DNA from: Phoronis australis
Lineage: Eukaryota; Animalia; Phoronida
Assembly (NCBI GenBank): GCA_002633005.1
Contig: NMRA01000167.1
Coordinates: forward strand, 42,183-94,652
Direction of reading: 5' to 3'
DNA: 52,470 bases
Positions 10,858 through 22,898 of the stretch are shown one piece after another (the first letter of the stretch is position 1; every line of letters starts with the position of its first letter). The notes beneath the pieces are model-generated. The model did not search any database, was not told the DNA's origin, and was given only the letters and a program-made list of their open reading frames with translations. Made by a program: the position numbers and the translations under genes.

Positions 10858-13842
10858 TTCTCATACGTGCAAAATTGTTCTGTCTATACAATCCTTAATT
10901 ATCATGTCATAACTAAACCAGTACAGTCCCTGTTCATGTTCATTGTATTTTTTAATCTGACCAATCCATCCGGAACACCTCTGGTATTTTCGTAATTTCC
11001 AATTTCGCCTCGGAGGTGATCATTATAGGAGCATCTGAGAACCATTCTCCACTTTGAAAGTCACATGACTTGTCGTATGACTGGAGGCCGCAAATGCGCA
11101 GATAACGCTCACCGGTGAAGGGAATTTTGAGGCTACAAGAATACCCGAATGTCGACCGATCCTGTACTTCTCCATAGGCAGGGGCCTTTCGTAGATACGA
11201 GACTAGAGAGACACTAGTGGAACGGAAACCGGGGATTTTCCTACACCAACCGTAACACCTGGTCGACTAATCTCTTATTCTGAAACAATGACAAAAAATT
11301 AACAGATAGTAGAACTTTCTTCGCTGACGTACACCTTCCGAATCATCTCGTCCATAATTATCGAAAATGTGTTTTGCAACGCGGCCATGAAATATTCCCA
11401 AGTCCGGCGCCTGTCGAAAATTTCTTCATTGTACTGCGCTTTTTGCTAGAATATGGTGTTGTACGTCGACCTTGAAATGTATCGACTTTTACACGCCGTG
11501 GTTGAACTTCACTCACGTAGAATAATCTTATTACTGTGATCATTTATTAAACCCTTTCAGGTCTACACGGTTCGTTAATGATATGTTTTCAAGATATAAT
11601 GGCTTATCCATGAGTTACGCTGATTAATTTGGCGCGACGATACAATAAAAAACATTCTTTGTTGTAGTCTATTCAATTTCTCCACTACCAGAGTCGCAAC
11701 CTTTCCCTGGGAGACGGAGAAAACGTATTTGTCCCGTTGGCGGGAAAGTGTCGTCCATAGCCACGTAAGCAATGGAGAAGTTTCACGCCTATTAGTGAAT
11801 TTTCAGCGAGATTTACGCAGCAACTAAGATGAACAAATTTGAAAGATTGTAGTCAAACTTTTCCAACTGCGTCCTTCCACTATCTGACACCTCGCTGATA
11901 CCTATTTATCACTTCGCAAAATTGCCCCTTTCTATCTATCTACCTCTAGGCCAGAGTTTCCGTGGCTTGCCCTGCTGTTTTTGATTATTCAATGAAACAA
12001 TGGTTATTTTATAGCGTCCAGTCAAACCCAACTGTGGTTTCGGAAATTTTCTGAACAAATAGGTCCAAATACAGGCCTACAATTAACTGTGTTTTGGTCA
12101 CAGTTGAACATGTTTAAGCCATTCCCTTGATGACAAACAAGCTATACGTCACATTTTTTGTTTCGCTGTTCAAGAATGTGCACCAGGCCCCAAGGTCTAA
12201 TCTTTGTTCTTCCATCTCGACTCAAAAATTTACCAATGACAAGTCATGCTTCAAATAAACTTTCGAATTTGTTAAAGAATCATACAGTGTGAATTGGTGA
12301 GTTGAGCCCCAGTCTCTTATTTGTCGAGTACACACGTTCTCAATGTCGTATCCAAAATTTTAGTTTTGAGTAGATACATACCACGGGCCCCTTATGCATT
12401 CAAGGATACAGTCATTTTTCAACGTCATGCTACTATATAACATGTTAAAGACATATTCAACATTTAGTTCAAACAGTCTTAGCTTATCAGCAAAAACAAA
12501 ATTTAGTAAAACTTCTAAACACGCCTTTATTTTTTTGCCGCGTGATTCATTACAATGCATTTATGATGACTTTTCGAAACAAACAGTTGGAATACCGACA
12601 GCAAAATTTGACAAAAGCAAAAAAGAAAAATAAAGTGCAAGGCATTCAGACTGAGCCAGGTTGGTTTGTGACATGCACTTATTTGTTCGTAAGTAGAACA
12701 GCACTTAAACCAGCAACTCGTACAAACGCCGTAAAAATTCAATAGAACCACTTGAAATTTATTGATTCTTCCAGACACACGAAGCTATTAAAGATCCAAA
12801 AAGACGTCTGGCTAGATTTCTGATTTTGACTGAGCTTCCGATATGTAACGACATGGCACAAAATTGCTTTGACCAATGAGCTAAATTTAGCTCATTGCTT
12901 TGACCAATGACGGTTCAAAGAAATAGTTTTGATCACGTGGGTTTTCGATTCCTCGTTCATGTCAATCAAATTGGTAGAAGAAAGCGCTAATAACAACGCT
13001 GGTTCGATATAAAGCATCGTCTGTTTTTCTGTGCTCCCTGTTGGACGTTTTTACACACTCTCGGGATAACGTCATGCAAAACAGACTATTTGTGTCCAGC
13101 GAACAGGGAACTTATCCAGAGCTTTCTACAACCGGAATCATGCCAACGAGCAGTACGCTTCACTGAAATGATGCAACTTAAAGACACTTTTTACACGGAG
13201 ATCTTCGACAAAACTCACGATTGGTCGTAAGACTCCATTTAGACTCATCTCCGTGAAAAAACGTCACAAAGTTACGACATTTTAGAGAAACAGGAGACAT
13301 GCGTTGGTGGTATCTTGGGTATATATGCCACGTGCGTAATTTTTAGCTAAGGTTGTACAACTAAGCCACTGTCAAAACAACACATGAATAACAGGAAGTA
13401 ATCAAGTTTAGATATATTTGGTGAAAATATGCAATTAAGGGATTTGCCAAGCGAACATTTTCCAAGTAACAAACTGAATTTCATTCTGACGGAAGATTTG
13501 TCGTGTCTTCCTATGGGCTATTGCGAAAATAAATTGTTTTTCCCATAACTCCTATGACTCAGCGCATAAGTTGTTAGCTTCTTCGCGTTTGTTCTAATTA
13601 TTGCGACAAACAAACGAAACATTACTGAAATTCCACGCGACTATGGTCTCAGTGGTACCAAACCAATCGCCATTAATAAAAGTTGTATATTATCCAGAAA
13701 AAATACTTAAATTACATTAATGTGATTTGATAAAGCTGACAAATGACAGTATGTATTTGACAAGCAACAAATTGAATGTCAAAGGTACAACATTTAGAAT
13801 AATTGTTGCCAAGTCAAAACATGTCATGTTTTGTTCATGTAC

Positions 13843-14975
13843 CTGGCATCAGGGGTCTCTTTTCATGAAAATGACCTAAGGCCTAGTCAGAAATTTGGTC
13901 TTAGAGTCCACGCGAATATTTCTGAAATATAATTAAATCTCATTATAGCGAAAAATACAAAAGTACCATTCACACAACGAGTTACCCTGGAGAAGTTTCT
14001 CCTGGAACGAGTTGTCACTAAGTTCAGCAGTAGTGTTGGCACTGCTGAGGCAAATTGATACACAGCCACGTGTGACAACTTACCCCACATTGGGACAGCT
14101 TTTTCTAAGGTAACTTTTCCCACCCCAAGTCATAGTGTGGACGCAAACTTGCAGACAAGGCGGAAGTTGTGCGCTTTCTCAATTACACTCATGCAGATTG
14201 TTTTGGATGCGGGTCCCGTCGCTTAGGTAGATAATCTCTGTTTGATGTTGACTGTAGAAAAGTGTCTAGACAAAAGCAAAACGTTACAAAACGTTTCACA
14301 TATCAACAATTCAGTTAGTTTCATAAAATAAAGACCCATTAACTTTAAAAAATCGATTTTTGGCATCTTTAATATCTTAAAAGCACAATCATGTTTTTGA
14401 AGACTTACTCAAAGTTGGCTCGTCTATGCCTGATTCAACACCTGCCTCTCCGTTTCAAAAAGATCCAGTACTCAATTGTCGCTGTGATTCAGAATGAATA
14501 ACCCAATACTGAAAAAACCAGATGTACAATAAATTTTTAGTACATTTAAAAGTTTGAAGAATCTTGTTAATTAGTAACGTATATTTCCATAATGTCATTT
14601 ACGATTTTACGTCTGTCACAATAAAGCAGACCATTTTCGAAATTCTAATTCCATATCTTTTATGCGTTCAAATTCTCTGTCTAAGAATACCACCATGTCT
14701 TTCACAGATCAAATATTGAGTAAAATTGTAATAAAAACTAAACGAAAAACATTTTAATAGTCTACCCCATAACCCGTTTAGAAAAATTTGTAATACTGGA
14801 TCAGGATCTTTGTCATGAAAAGTAATAAAGACTTAAGTCAAATATTTTTACTTACCCTCTCACTTCACACGTACTGGGTGTTTTTTGTAATTTTAGCTCA
14901 TCACAGTTTAGAAATTATTTACAAAGATCATTTGAGCTACAAGCAGCTGATTTTCAAAACAGCCGCGCCATATTG
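13843..14975 (-). ncRNA. Spliced minus-strand transcript with no long ORF (lncRNA or multi-exon 5' UTR); exons ~14975-14856, 14508-14409, 14251-14084, 13921-13843
   Basis: Three successive perfect GTAAGT donors (14855, 14408, 14083) and one CAG|gtacat donor (13842), each paired with a pyrimidine-rich acceptor (ttttttcag, cttttctacag, tatatttcag). YY1-like aatatggcgc near the putative start. The 14508-14409 and 14251-14084 exons have stops in all three frames. Confidence 0.5.
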
Positions 14976-17411
14976 AAATTCATTATCCCTACAGATGGCG
15001 ATCAGGACTTTGGTGGACAGGTGTTCAACGCCACCTACAAATGCCATGTAATGCTGACGGGAAGTTTCAACCTACTGGTCTAAGCGGCTGCAGCTGATAA
15101 AGCGGGAAAATTTCGATTCCAGCCGATGTCAAAGAGCTAAAATAAATTAATGAACGCAACCTAGTCCAATGATGGGAGTGGCCGACATGGGGACTTATTC
15201 CTCTATTTTCAAATTAATGTAGTAATTTAATTTCTGTCCGCCTGAATTTGAGTGGGCATCACCTGGATGTCGCTTTCACGCTGTCATTACTCTAGAGAGC
15301 GCCAATATGAAAAGTCCGCCAATTGGTGAGGCGGGATTAAATTATTTTTCAGAAATAATGATGTGAAGCGTAACTCGAAATTTTGGCTTTTCATGAAACA
15401 GACTTCTATGACTTACATTACAAGATTTTGTTTTTGATTTCTGACCAGTCTCTCGACTGTGAATCGTTGGAGTTTACCCACAGTTCTGCCTTTGAATTTG
15501 AATTCCAGCCTAAAAATGAAATCTCACTAGTGCGGTGGTTTGTCTAGGCTTTTTCTTCATAGCTCTGACCTTCGCTTCTGCGCCTTCAGCTTCGTTGGCA
15601 TATCGTCCTCTCTGTACATGGAATTTTTGCTCATACTAATAATTTGTAATGTGGCGTATCCGTCTATCTGTAAAAGGTCAATGTCGTCTGCTCGCGGAGA
15701 CGGATGCCAACAGAATATTAAAATTTTGCATTTTAATGTTACACTAATCGTTCGTAAAACGGCAGATAGGCTGACACCTTTGTAAACGCACGTTCTAGGG
15801 TCTGACCTGCCCTCCTCTGGTTAGGCATAGTGTCTTATGTGTCTTCCACATCTGAATCAAACCACAACGAAGATTGATCCAATAAAAACTCACCAAAGAC
15901 CCAGCTTTGGTTTTGTTTTGTTGTTGGCATGGCAAGAGCCGGGGCAAGAGACGCGTGGTCGTTGGTTACGACCAATTATGATGCCATCTTACGTCAGTGA
16001 ATTGCGAAATCAAAACTGAATGAAGCGTGACGTCAATATATCCCGCGCTTTATTAACATGGTTTGTACCGGTAGCATGTAAACAAACATACAACTGCATG
16101 GTTACTTAATTAGCTGTTATTCATAATTGACTGTATCGACTTAAATGGACTCATAATGCGACAACAATAGCTGGCTTGTCCTGTCTTTCGTTAAACATCC
16201 GCAATAGTAGTTTGAAGTCCCTTTGTTTCTTTGGGTTGTCAACAGAAATTCTACTGTTAAGGATTTGTGTGCAGTTTTGTCTAGCCACTAAATAATTAAT
16301 TTACATTCCACAATGTAAAGGGTTTTCATCAATATTAGATGACTTCCAATCACACATATTCAAAGAATGGATTTAGTATGTTTTTAATTGTTTACTATCG
16401 AATATAAATCTGTCGTATCCAGAATTATATTTTTCAATCATGAAAGAAGTGTGGTTTCAAGTATCACTTAAAGGGACACCATTAGAAACCGAATTTTTTA
16501 TGTCTGCCACTAAGAATATACGTTGGCCGATACGAAAACATATTTTAAGTTCTCGTCTTTTCTATGAACATTTAGAATTCTGTACAAACCCTCCTTCCGG
16601 AGATCGTATATTTATATAATTTTATCCAATACGCCGTAATAAATGACCAATTTCTCCTTTCTATGTCTCGAAACGGAACTTCGCTGACGCCCGGTTTATA
16701 GGCATCACAGGACATATGCCGAACATAAATAATATTATCGGTTAGTGATCTGACAGGGTAAAATCGATTCACATACAATTGATACTAACCAACTCCACGC
16801 ACCAACGTATGCTCATATTATCTGAGTTGTAAAAATCTTCGACTACAGAATTAGCAAAAAGGTTCATGAAAACTTGTTACCGATAACCTATAACTTGTTG
16901 AAACGACTGGACTACTTGAAGATAATTCACCTTCCGGGTTTGCACTATAGGCCCGTGTTAACAGACGATACTCTACCAATCGATGGCTAAAGGCGCGATC
17001 ATCTTGCTGTTTTTTTCTTAAATACAATCATCCTAGATTTTATGGTATGTCTATAATTGCACTTAGAAATAACTTCATAACACAACAGTTCAAAATTGAT
17101 CTCCAATAACAAGTGTAAAACTATCTTTATTGATAAAGCGGACCCTTTCTGTGCTTGACAAATATAGACTATATTGTTGACTTCATGGTAATTTAGCAGA
17201 CCAATAACTAACACCCCCAGTGAACTTTTGTGACTCTATAAACAAACATAAGTGGTTGTTTGATAGTCACCGACCCATTCTCCGGAGTGACACACAAAAT
17301 GATCAGATGATTACAGTTGACACGACAGATAAAAATGAGCAAAATGTATTTTGTGCTCCTGCGCGGAACCTGCTAGTTCTGTAAAATATGCATTGAGCTA
17401 TATTACGGCAC

Positions 17412-17690
17412 CAGTGGCGGACTTGGGGGGGGGGCAAGGGGGCCATGGCTCCCCTAAAATTCTCCCAGATACCAGGTGGAAGTTCGGGGTGCGAATTGCT
17501 GACTAGCATATAAACGTACCCAGGCCTTGAGCAAAACCCGTTTACCGTTTTTTTTAGTAATAAGGTCCACAAACCCAAAAATTCGAGACCCCTGCATTCC
17601 TTACATTTTAGGCTGGGCGCGCGTATGTGGCGAAATTCTGTTTATTCCTGTGCCCTGCCCCCCTAAATCGAATTCCTGGATCCGCCCCTG
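17412..17690 (-). mobile_element. MITE, CAGGGGCGGA/CAGTGGCGGA-TIR family, long variant
   Basis: Imperfect TIRs cagtggcgga...tccgcccctg. Reverse-complement homolog of 28544-28827. Flanks ggcac/gacac (5-bp TSD, 1 mismatch). Confidence 0.85.
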
Positions 17691-18629
17691 GACACAACCG
17701 TGACACAATATCTTGCTGCTAAGCACAAGGAGTTGTTTTACCCGGCAAACTTAGTTTAGTTTAAAGCACACGAATCCTCTTCAAGAGCGCTGTAAACGAA
17801 ACGATCTATCCACAATGAGGGTCCGAGATACAATCTTTCTCCTCGAACTCGAAGTTATTTTTGACATTTTTCGGCCTACTTTTGTGGAAGTTCAAGATAA
17901 ATGTTCATTATTCTGTGCTCGAGTTCATTATGGTTTATGCAAAAAAGTTTCTAATCCAAATTTGCATTTGAGGGTCAAACATTCGAGCGAAAATTTTGAT
18001 TAAAAAGTCAAGGTTTCGAGTAAAAACTTGAAACTTTGATTTCAGACTCGAACTTTTAGCATTAACGATGGGGGTAATTTAGTGCCAACTAGGACCAGAC
18101 ATTTATCCACGTTAGCCATTATCTGCTACAGCATAGAATAATAGACACCCATACTGAGTTTGTACAAAAGCAAAATATAAATTTCAAAAAAATAATTTCG
18201 AGGTATATCTCGAGTAAAAAGCTTAGATACCGGGGCCAGGTCTGTGCTCCATAGACACTAAAACTCGCCAAAAAGCAAGATCACGCAAGACCAAGCAAAA
18301 CCACGCGTTTGAAAAGGCTGTATTCCGGAAGTATGCTAGGCCGGGACCTTACTAGTGGTACCCCAACAAAATGGCGGTCACTGAAGTGCTTGTTCGATGA
18401 CGTTGGAAAATTGAATTGTGGGATAGAATTCAATTTCTGCCTCCAAAAGCGAAGATTTTTCATCGCAATTAAGTGCTTCACGAGAGTGTTTTGGGTCTAC
18501 GGAACGCTCCCCGGATACATGTGAAATAATTCACTTCAGAGTGACAAACAAAAACACTAGTGTTGCGGATTGCGTAGTATACATTGTACAATGAAATAAC
18601 AAGACCCATAGAAGTTCCTGGCCTAATGT

Positions 18630-20573
18630 CTGCCCCCTTCCCGCAGTAGCTTGCAGCATGGAGTGCCTGCAAAAAGACTCGGAGTGCAACCGACTGGAGG
18701 TTGATAAAAGTGGCTAGTACTTATACGCAGGAACTATACGACATCCGGTCTATCCTAGCTCATGATAGGTCATAGAAATGGTGTAGAATAACTTAGCCAC
18801 GAAGTCTGGTCCTCCCAACAAGGGCACTGGTTGGTTTTAGGGCACTAGAACTGTGTTTTATTTTTATAGTCATGTTGACAAAATGTCCGTTGGGTGAGAG
18901 CAACACGTTTGACTGTCCAACTGCGCTGGTGTTAGTTCGTATTAAATGCGCAGCAATGATGTGAAACCTATCAAGCTAGTCATCTCACGTGATTTTCCAA
19001 ATAGGGAATTTAACACAGCCAGGAACTTGACTCAGTATTTCAGTCTTGCGGACGAAGCCGACAGCACGTTGGACACCGTGACTGCAACGAGGCCATTGCC
19101 AACATAAAGATTATCGACTGCGAACAGCAAGAGGTGAACACACTCTGAACAGCAAGTGGACACTAAAGAGATTAGAACATTGTTTTCTAATTAACAGGAA
19201 CCTAAATACGGCTGCATTTCTGCTTCGTTGCTCAATGGATTAGACCAAACTACACTCGTAACGACGCGGACGGACACGGAGAACTATTTTTTCAACGACC
19301 ATTGTCATCTCAGACAGATATAACTCGATAAAACTCTAAGATAGTCGGCAATTCCCAGAGGAAGTCATCAAATGGCAAAAATGCTTGCGACACTAGTACA
19401 ACCATGAAACAATTAACTTCCCTCCTAATGCATCTCTGGAGTGACACGTATGTGACTGGTCACCTAATTACCGCTGTCATTACAAAAGAGTCTCTGTCGG
19501 CCTATTTTCATCAACTGTGAAAGTGCCGTTAGTTAACACGTGAAACTGCCTTCCAAATTATCGCAAAAACACAACTAGAGAACAGGAAAACGATAATAGT
19601 NCTGCCCCCTTCCCGCAGTAGCTTGCAGCATGGAGTGCCTACAAAAAGACTCGGAGTGCAACCGACTGGAGGTTGATAAAAGTGGCTAGTACTTATACGC
19701 AGGAACTATACCACATCCGGTCAATCCTAGCTCATGATAGGTCATAGAAATGGTGTAGAATAACTTAGCCACGAAGTCTGGTCCTCCCAACAAGGGCACT
19801 GGTTGGTTCTAGGGGCACTAGAACTGTGTTTTATTTTTATAGTCATGTTGACAAAATGTCCGTTGGGTGAGAGCAACACGTTTGACTGTCCAACTGCGCT
19901 GGTTTTAGTTCGTATTAAATGCGCAGCAATGATGTGAAACCTATCAAGCTAGTCATCTCACGTGATTTTCCAAATAGGGAATTTAACACAGCCAGGAACT
20001 TGACTCAGTATTTCAGTCTTGCGGACGAAGCCGACAGCACGTTGGACACCGTGACTGCAACGAGGCCATTGCCAACATAAAGATTATCGACTGCGAACAG
20101 CAAGAGGTGAACACACTCTGAACAGCAAGTGGACACTAAAGAGATTAGAACATTGTTTTCTAATTAACAGGAACCTAAATACGGCTGCATTTCTGCTTCG
20201 TTGCTCAATGGATTAGACCAAACTACACTCGTAACGACGCGGACGGACACGGAGAACTATTTTTTCAACGACCATTGTCATCTCAGACAGATATAACTCG
20301 ATAAAACTCTAAGATAGTCGGCAATTCCCAGAGGAAGTCATCAAATGGCAAAAATGCTTGCGACACTAGTACAACCATGAAACAATTAACTTCCCTCCTA
20401 ATGCATCTCTGGAGTGACACGTATGTGACTGGTCACCTAATTACCGCTGTCATTACAAAAGAGTCTCTGTCGGCCTATTTTCATCAACTGTGAAAGTGCC
20501 GTTAGTTAACACGTGAAACTGCCTTCCAAATTATCGCAAAAACACAACTAGAGAACAGGAAAACGATAATAGT
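18630..20573. repeat. ~971-bp near-identical tandem duplication (18630-19600 / 19602-20573) around a single N; probable allelic-overlap assembly artefact
   Basis: The copies abut N at 19601 and differ by only about 5-6 substitutions/indels by eye. Confidence 0.9.
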
Positions 20574-21921
20574 AGTAGGTTTAACACGTCTACAACCTAT
20601 TTTGAAAAGTGAACGCGGCTTTCTATTTCAGCGCCCAACATCCAAGAAATTGGACAAATGGAGAAAACACAATTTATAAATTTTTGTGTATAAATGTTCT
20701 ACTCAAAATTCATTAGGTGTTTTTAATGAATAAAAGGTTCGTCTTTTCAACACTAAATAGATTGAGACCTGAAACCACTCCATTGGTATGGGGCGTTCGC
20801 GTAATAAGGGACCCAACGGGATTGACCAACGAAAATGTAACAAACAAAAAAATTTAATTGTTCATATGACGTCAACACAGCATTGTTCAACAAGCGCAAT
20901 GTGAGATGTGATGGAATGACATAATTGTTATTTCGGTCTAAGTTAAGACTAAGTTTCATGAAACGGAGCCCTGAATGCATGATTGAGTTCCTTAGGCGCA
21001 AGTCTTGAGAAGGAGGAACCTAGCACGATCACGTGCTTCGCTTGTAACACATGGCGATGTCTCGCGAAGTCTTGCGTGATCTTGCTCGCTGGCAGGCATT
21101 TCTATGGGAAAGACCCTCACTTCAGTTGCGACACTTAGTGATTGTCGAGTTCCCATTCTTTAGAATTCGGTGTATTTTTATGAAATTTTGCTCAAATATG
21201 AAAGGACGGTCGTTGATTTGCAACTTCATCGTTTCAAAGGTATGGATTACGTTTGAAACTTCCATTTCAAAAGATTACAAAATAAGTGGTATAAAGATAA
21301 GTTATGCATGAGTTTTAAATGTTTAAGTATTTCTGAACCCGTGTAACAGAGTAAACTTAATAGTATTTTATTTTGACTCGCTACCTAAATGCAAGTAATT
21401 AAATAGAATCTCAAAGACACGAAAGATGTGTGTCAAATCTATCTATTATAAACATTTACCTCGATCCCCAAACAAACATTCAGAGAGTCAGCAAATAAAA
21501 CGTAAAGCCATGAACGTTGAGGATGAGGGCCAACCCGTTCAAAGGGGTCGTTTCTAGTCAATGGCTGGTGACCTTCCAATTCTTTTTGATCGTGGTAGAA
21601 ATAATCGCAATCCTGGCAAAGGAAATTTTGGGACAAATTTAAGACAGTTACTTTCATGATTTTAATGTTAAATGCCACAAAATGCATTATGTCCATTTCA
21701 AATTAAAGCCATCTTTTTCAGTGAAACAATGAACCACTGTGAACTATCAATTTTGTGAATTTTGTTTAGCAGCAATTTTTTCTCTTGAAAAACTATGTGT
21801 ATACTCTCGCACAGTAGACCGAAATTTCTGAAATATCTATAAAATTTGAACACACATACGTATGGTTTCATTTTCGCGATGGAATTTCAAAATGTCCGAC
21901 ATTGATTTTGACAGGGCTTAG

Positions 21922-22081
21922 CATGGGCGGATCCAGGATTTTGAGTTAGGGAGGGGGGCAGGGCAGAGTATTAGCCAGGATTTTGCCTGTCAAACATTGG
22001 CACTCCCGAACTGCCCAATGGAATCTTGGAGAATTTTAGGGAGGGCCATTGCCCCCTTGGCCCCCTCTAAGTCCGCTACTG
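21922..22081 (+). mobile_element. MITE, same family, short variant
   Basis: catgggcggatccagg...taagtccgctactg. Colinear with 45051-45210. Perfect 5-bp TSD cttag/cttag. Confidence 0.85.
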
Positions 22082-22545
22082 CTTAGTGGGAGATTGAGCC
22101 GCTTCACGTCAATCGTAGGTGATCGGTTAGTTCGTTTTGGCGGTAGAAATCATTTGCTACCATGGCAAGGAATTTTTAAACCAATTTGCCATTATTTATC
22201 CGCCTATTTCACGATCTCTATAAGCAGGCCTGTGTTTTGTACAAACTAAAAATCCACAAGTATGTATTCTACGATGGACTTTGGTGGATGAGAACTTGAG
22301 CGAGAATTTCGTTACAGCTAGAACTATAGTCTGTGTTTATAGCCAAGACGTGTTTTCTTTCCGACGGATTCCAATAATCCATTGATGAATATTGTTTGCT
22401 GTTGCTGTGATGAAAATCAACATTACAGGACACCTGGTTGCCAAAGCATAAAGCAGGCTCAAGAAATTAATTGTGTAAACTCAAATTTTCCAAGTATAGG
22501 TCCTACCAAACAAAACAATGCCGCCCCCGTCACCTGCCGGTGACA

Positions 22546-22634
22546 CCAATTCCTGCTTCATTGATTCCAATACAGAGAGGGCGTGACATCACTTCCGCTA
22601 GCTGGGAACACCCTCGCGCGGCTCGCTATATAAA
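22546..22634 (+). promoter_or_regulatory. TATA-box promoter with CCAAT, CRE-like and ETS-like motifs; probable promoter of the neuropeptide gene
   Basis: TATATAAA at 22627-22634 in GC-rich context. TGACATCA at 22584-22591 overlaps ACTTCCG. CCAAT near 22546 and at 22567. Consensus splice sites follow immediately downstream. Confidence 0.6.
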
Positions 22635-22654
22635 GTCGACAGCACTGCACACGC

Positions 22655-22795
22655 GTATGATTGTAACTGAGACAATGTTGGGATGATTTGATTACCAATA
22701 ATTTAGAGTTGGTACAACATACATAGATTACTCAGTGCTGTTACTCAGTGACTAGGATTATTCCGATACTTTGGTAGCTACCAATCTCAAACACG
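22655..22795 (+). other. Putative non-coding exon 1 (5' UTR); start approximate
   Basis: Begins ~25-30 nt after the TATA box and ends at consensus donor ACG|gtgagt (22796). The 68-nt intron 22796-22863 has branch point tgactaac (22831-22838) and acceptor cttttatttacag. Confidence 0.55.
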
Positions 22796-22863
22796 GTGAG
22801 TTTAACCAAGTTTTTTATAGATAATATTGGTGACTAACCAATCAATTTATCTTTTATTTACAG

Positions 22864-22898
22864 AGATAAAGAGAGGGATAGTCAGTAAATGTGAACAG
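22864..22898 (+). other. Putative non-coding exon 2 (35 nt, 5' UTR)
   Basis: Acceptor tttatttacag| at 22863 and donor AACAG|gtaact at 22899. The next strong + strand acceptor I found that leads into a real ORF is 32208. Confidence 0.55.

Noticed and set aside
14797-14908. C/D box snoRNA-like boxes on the minus strand (GTGATGA...CTGA)
   Set aside because: They straddle a splice donor, the terminal stem is poor, and no guide sequence is recognisable.
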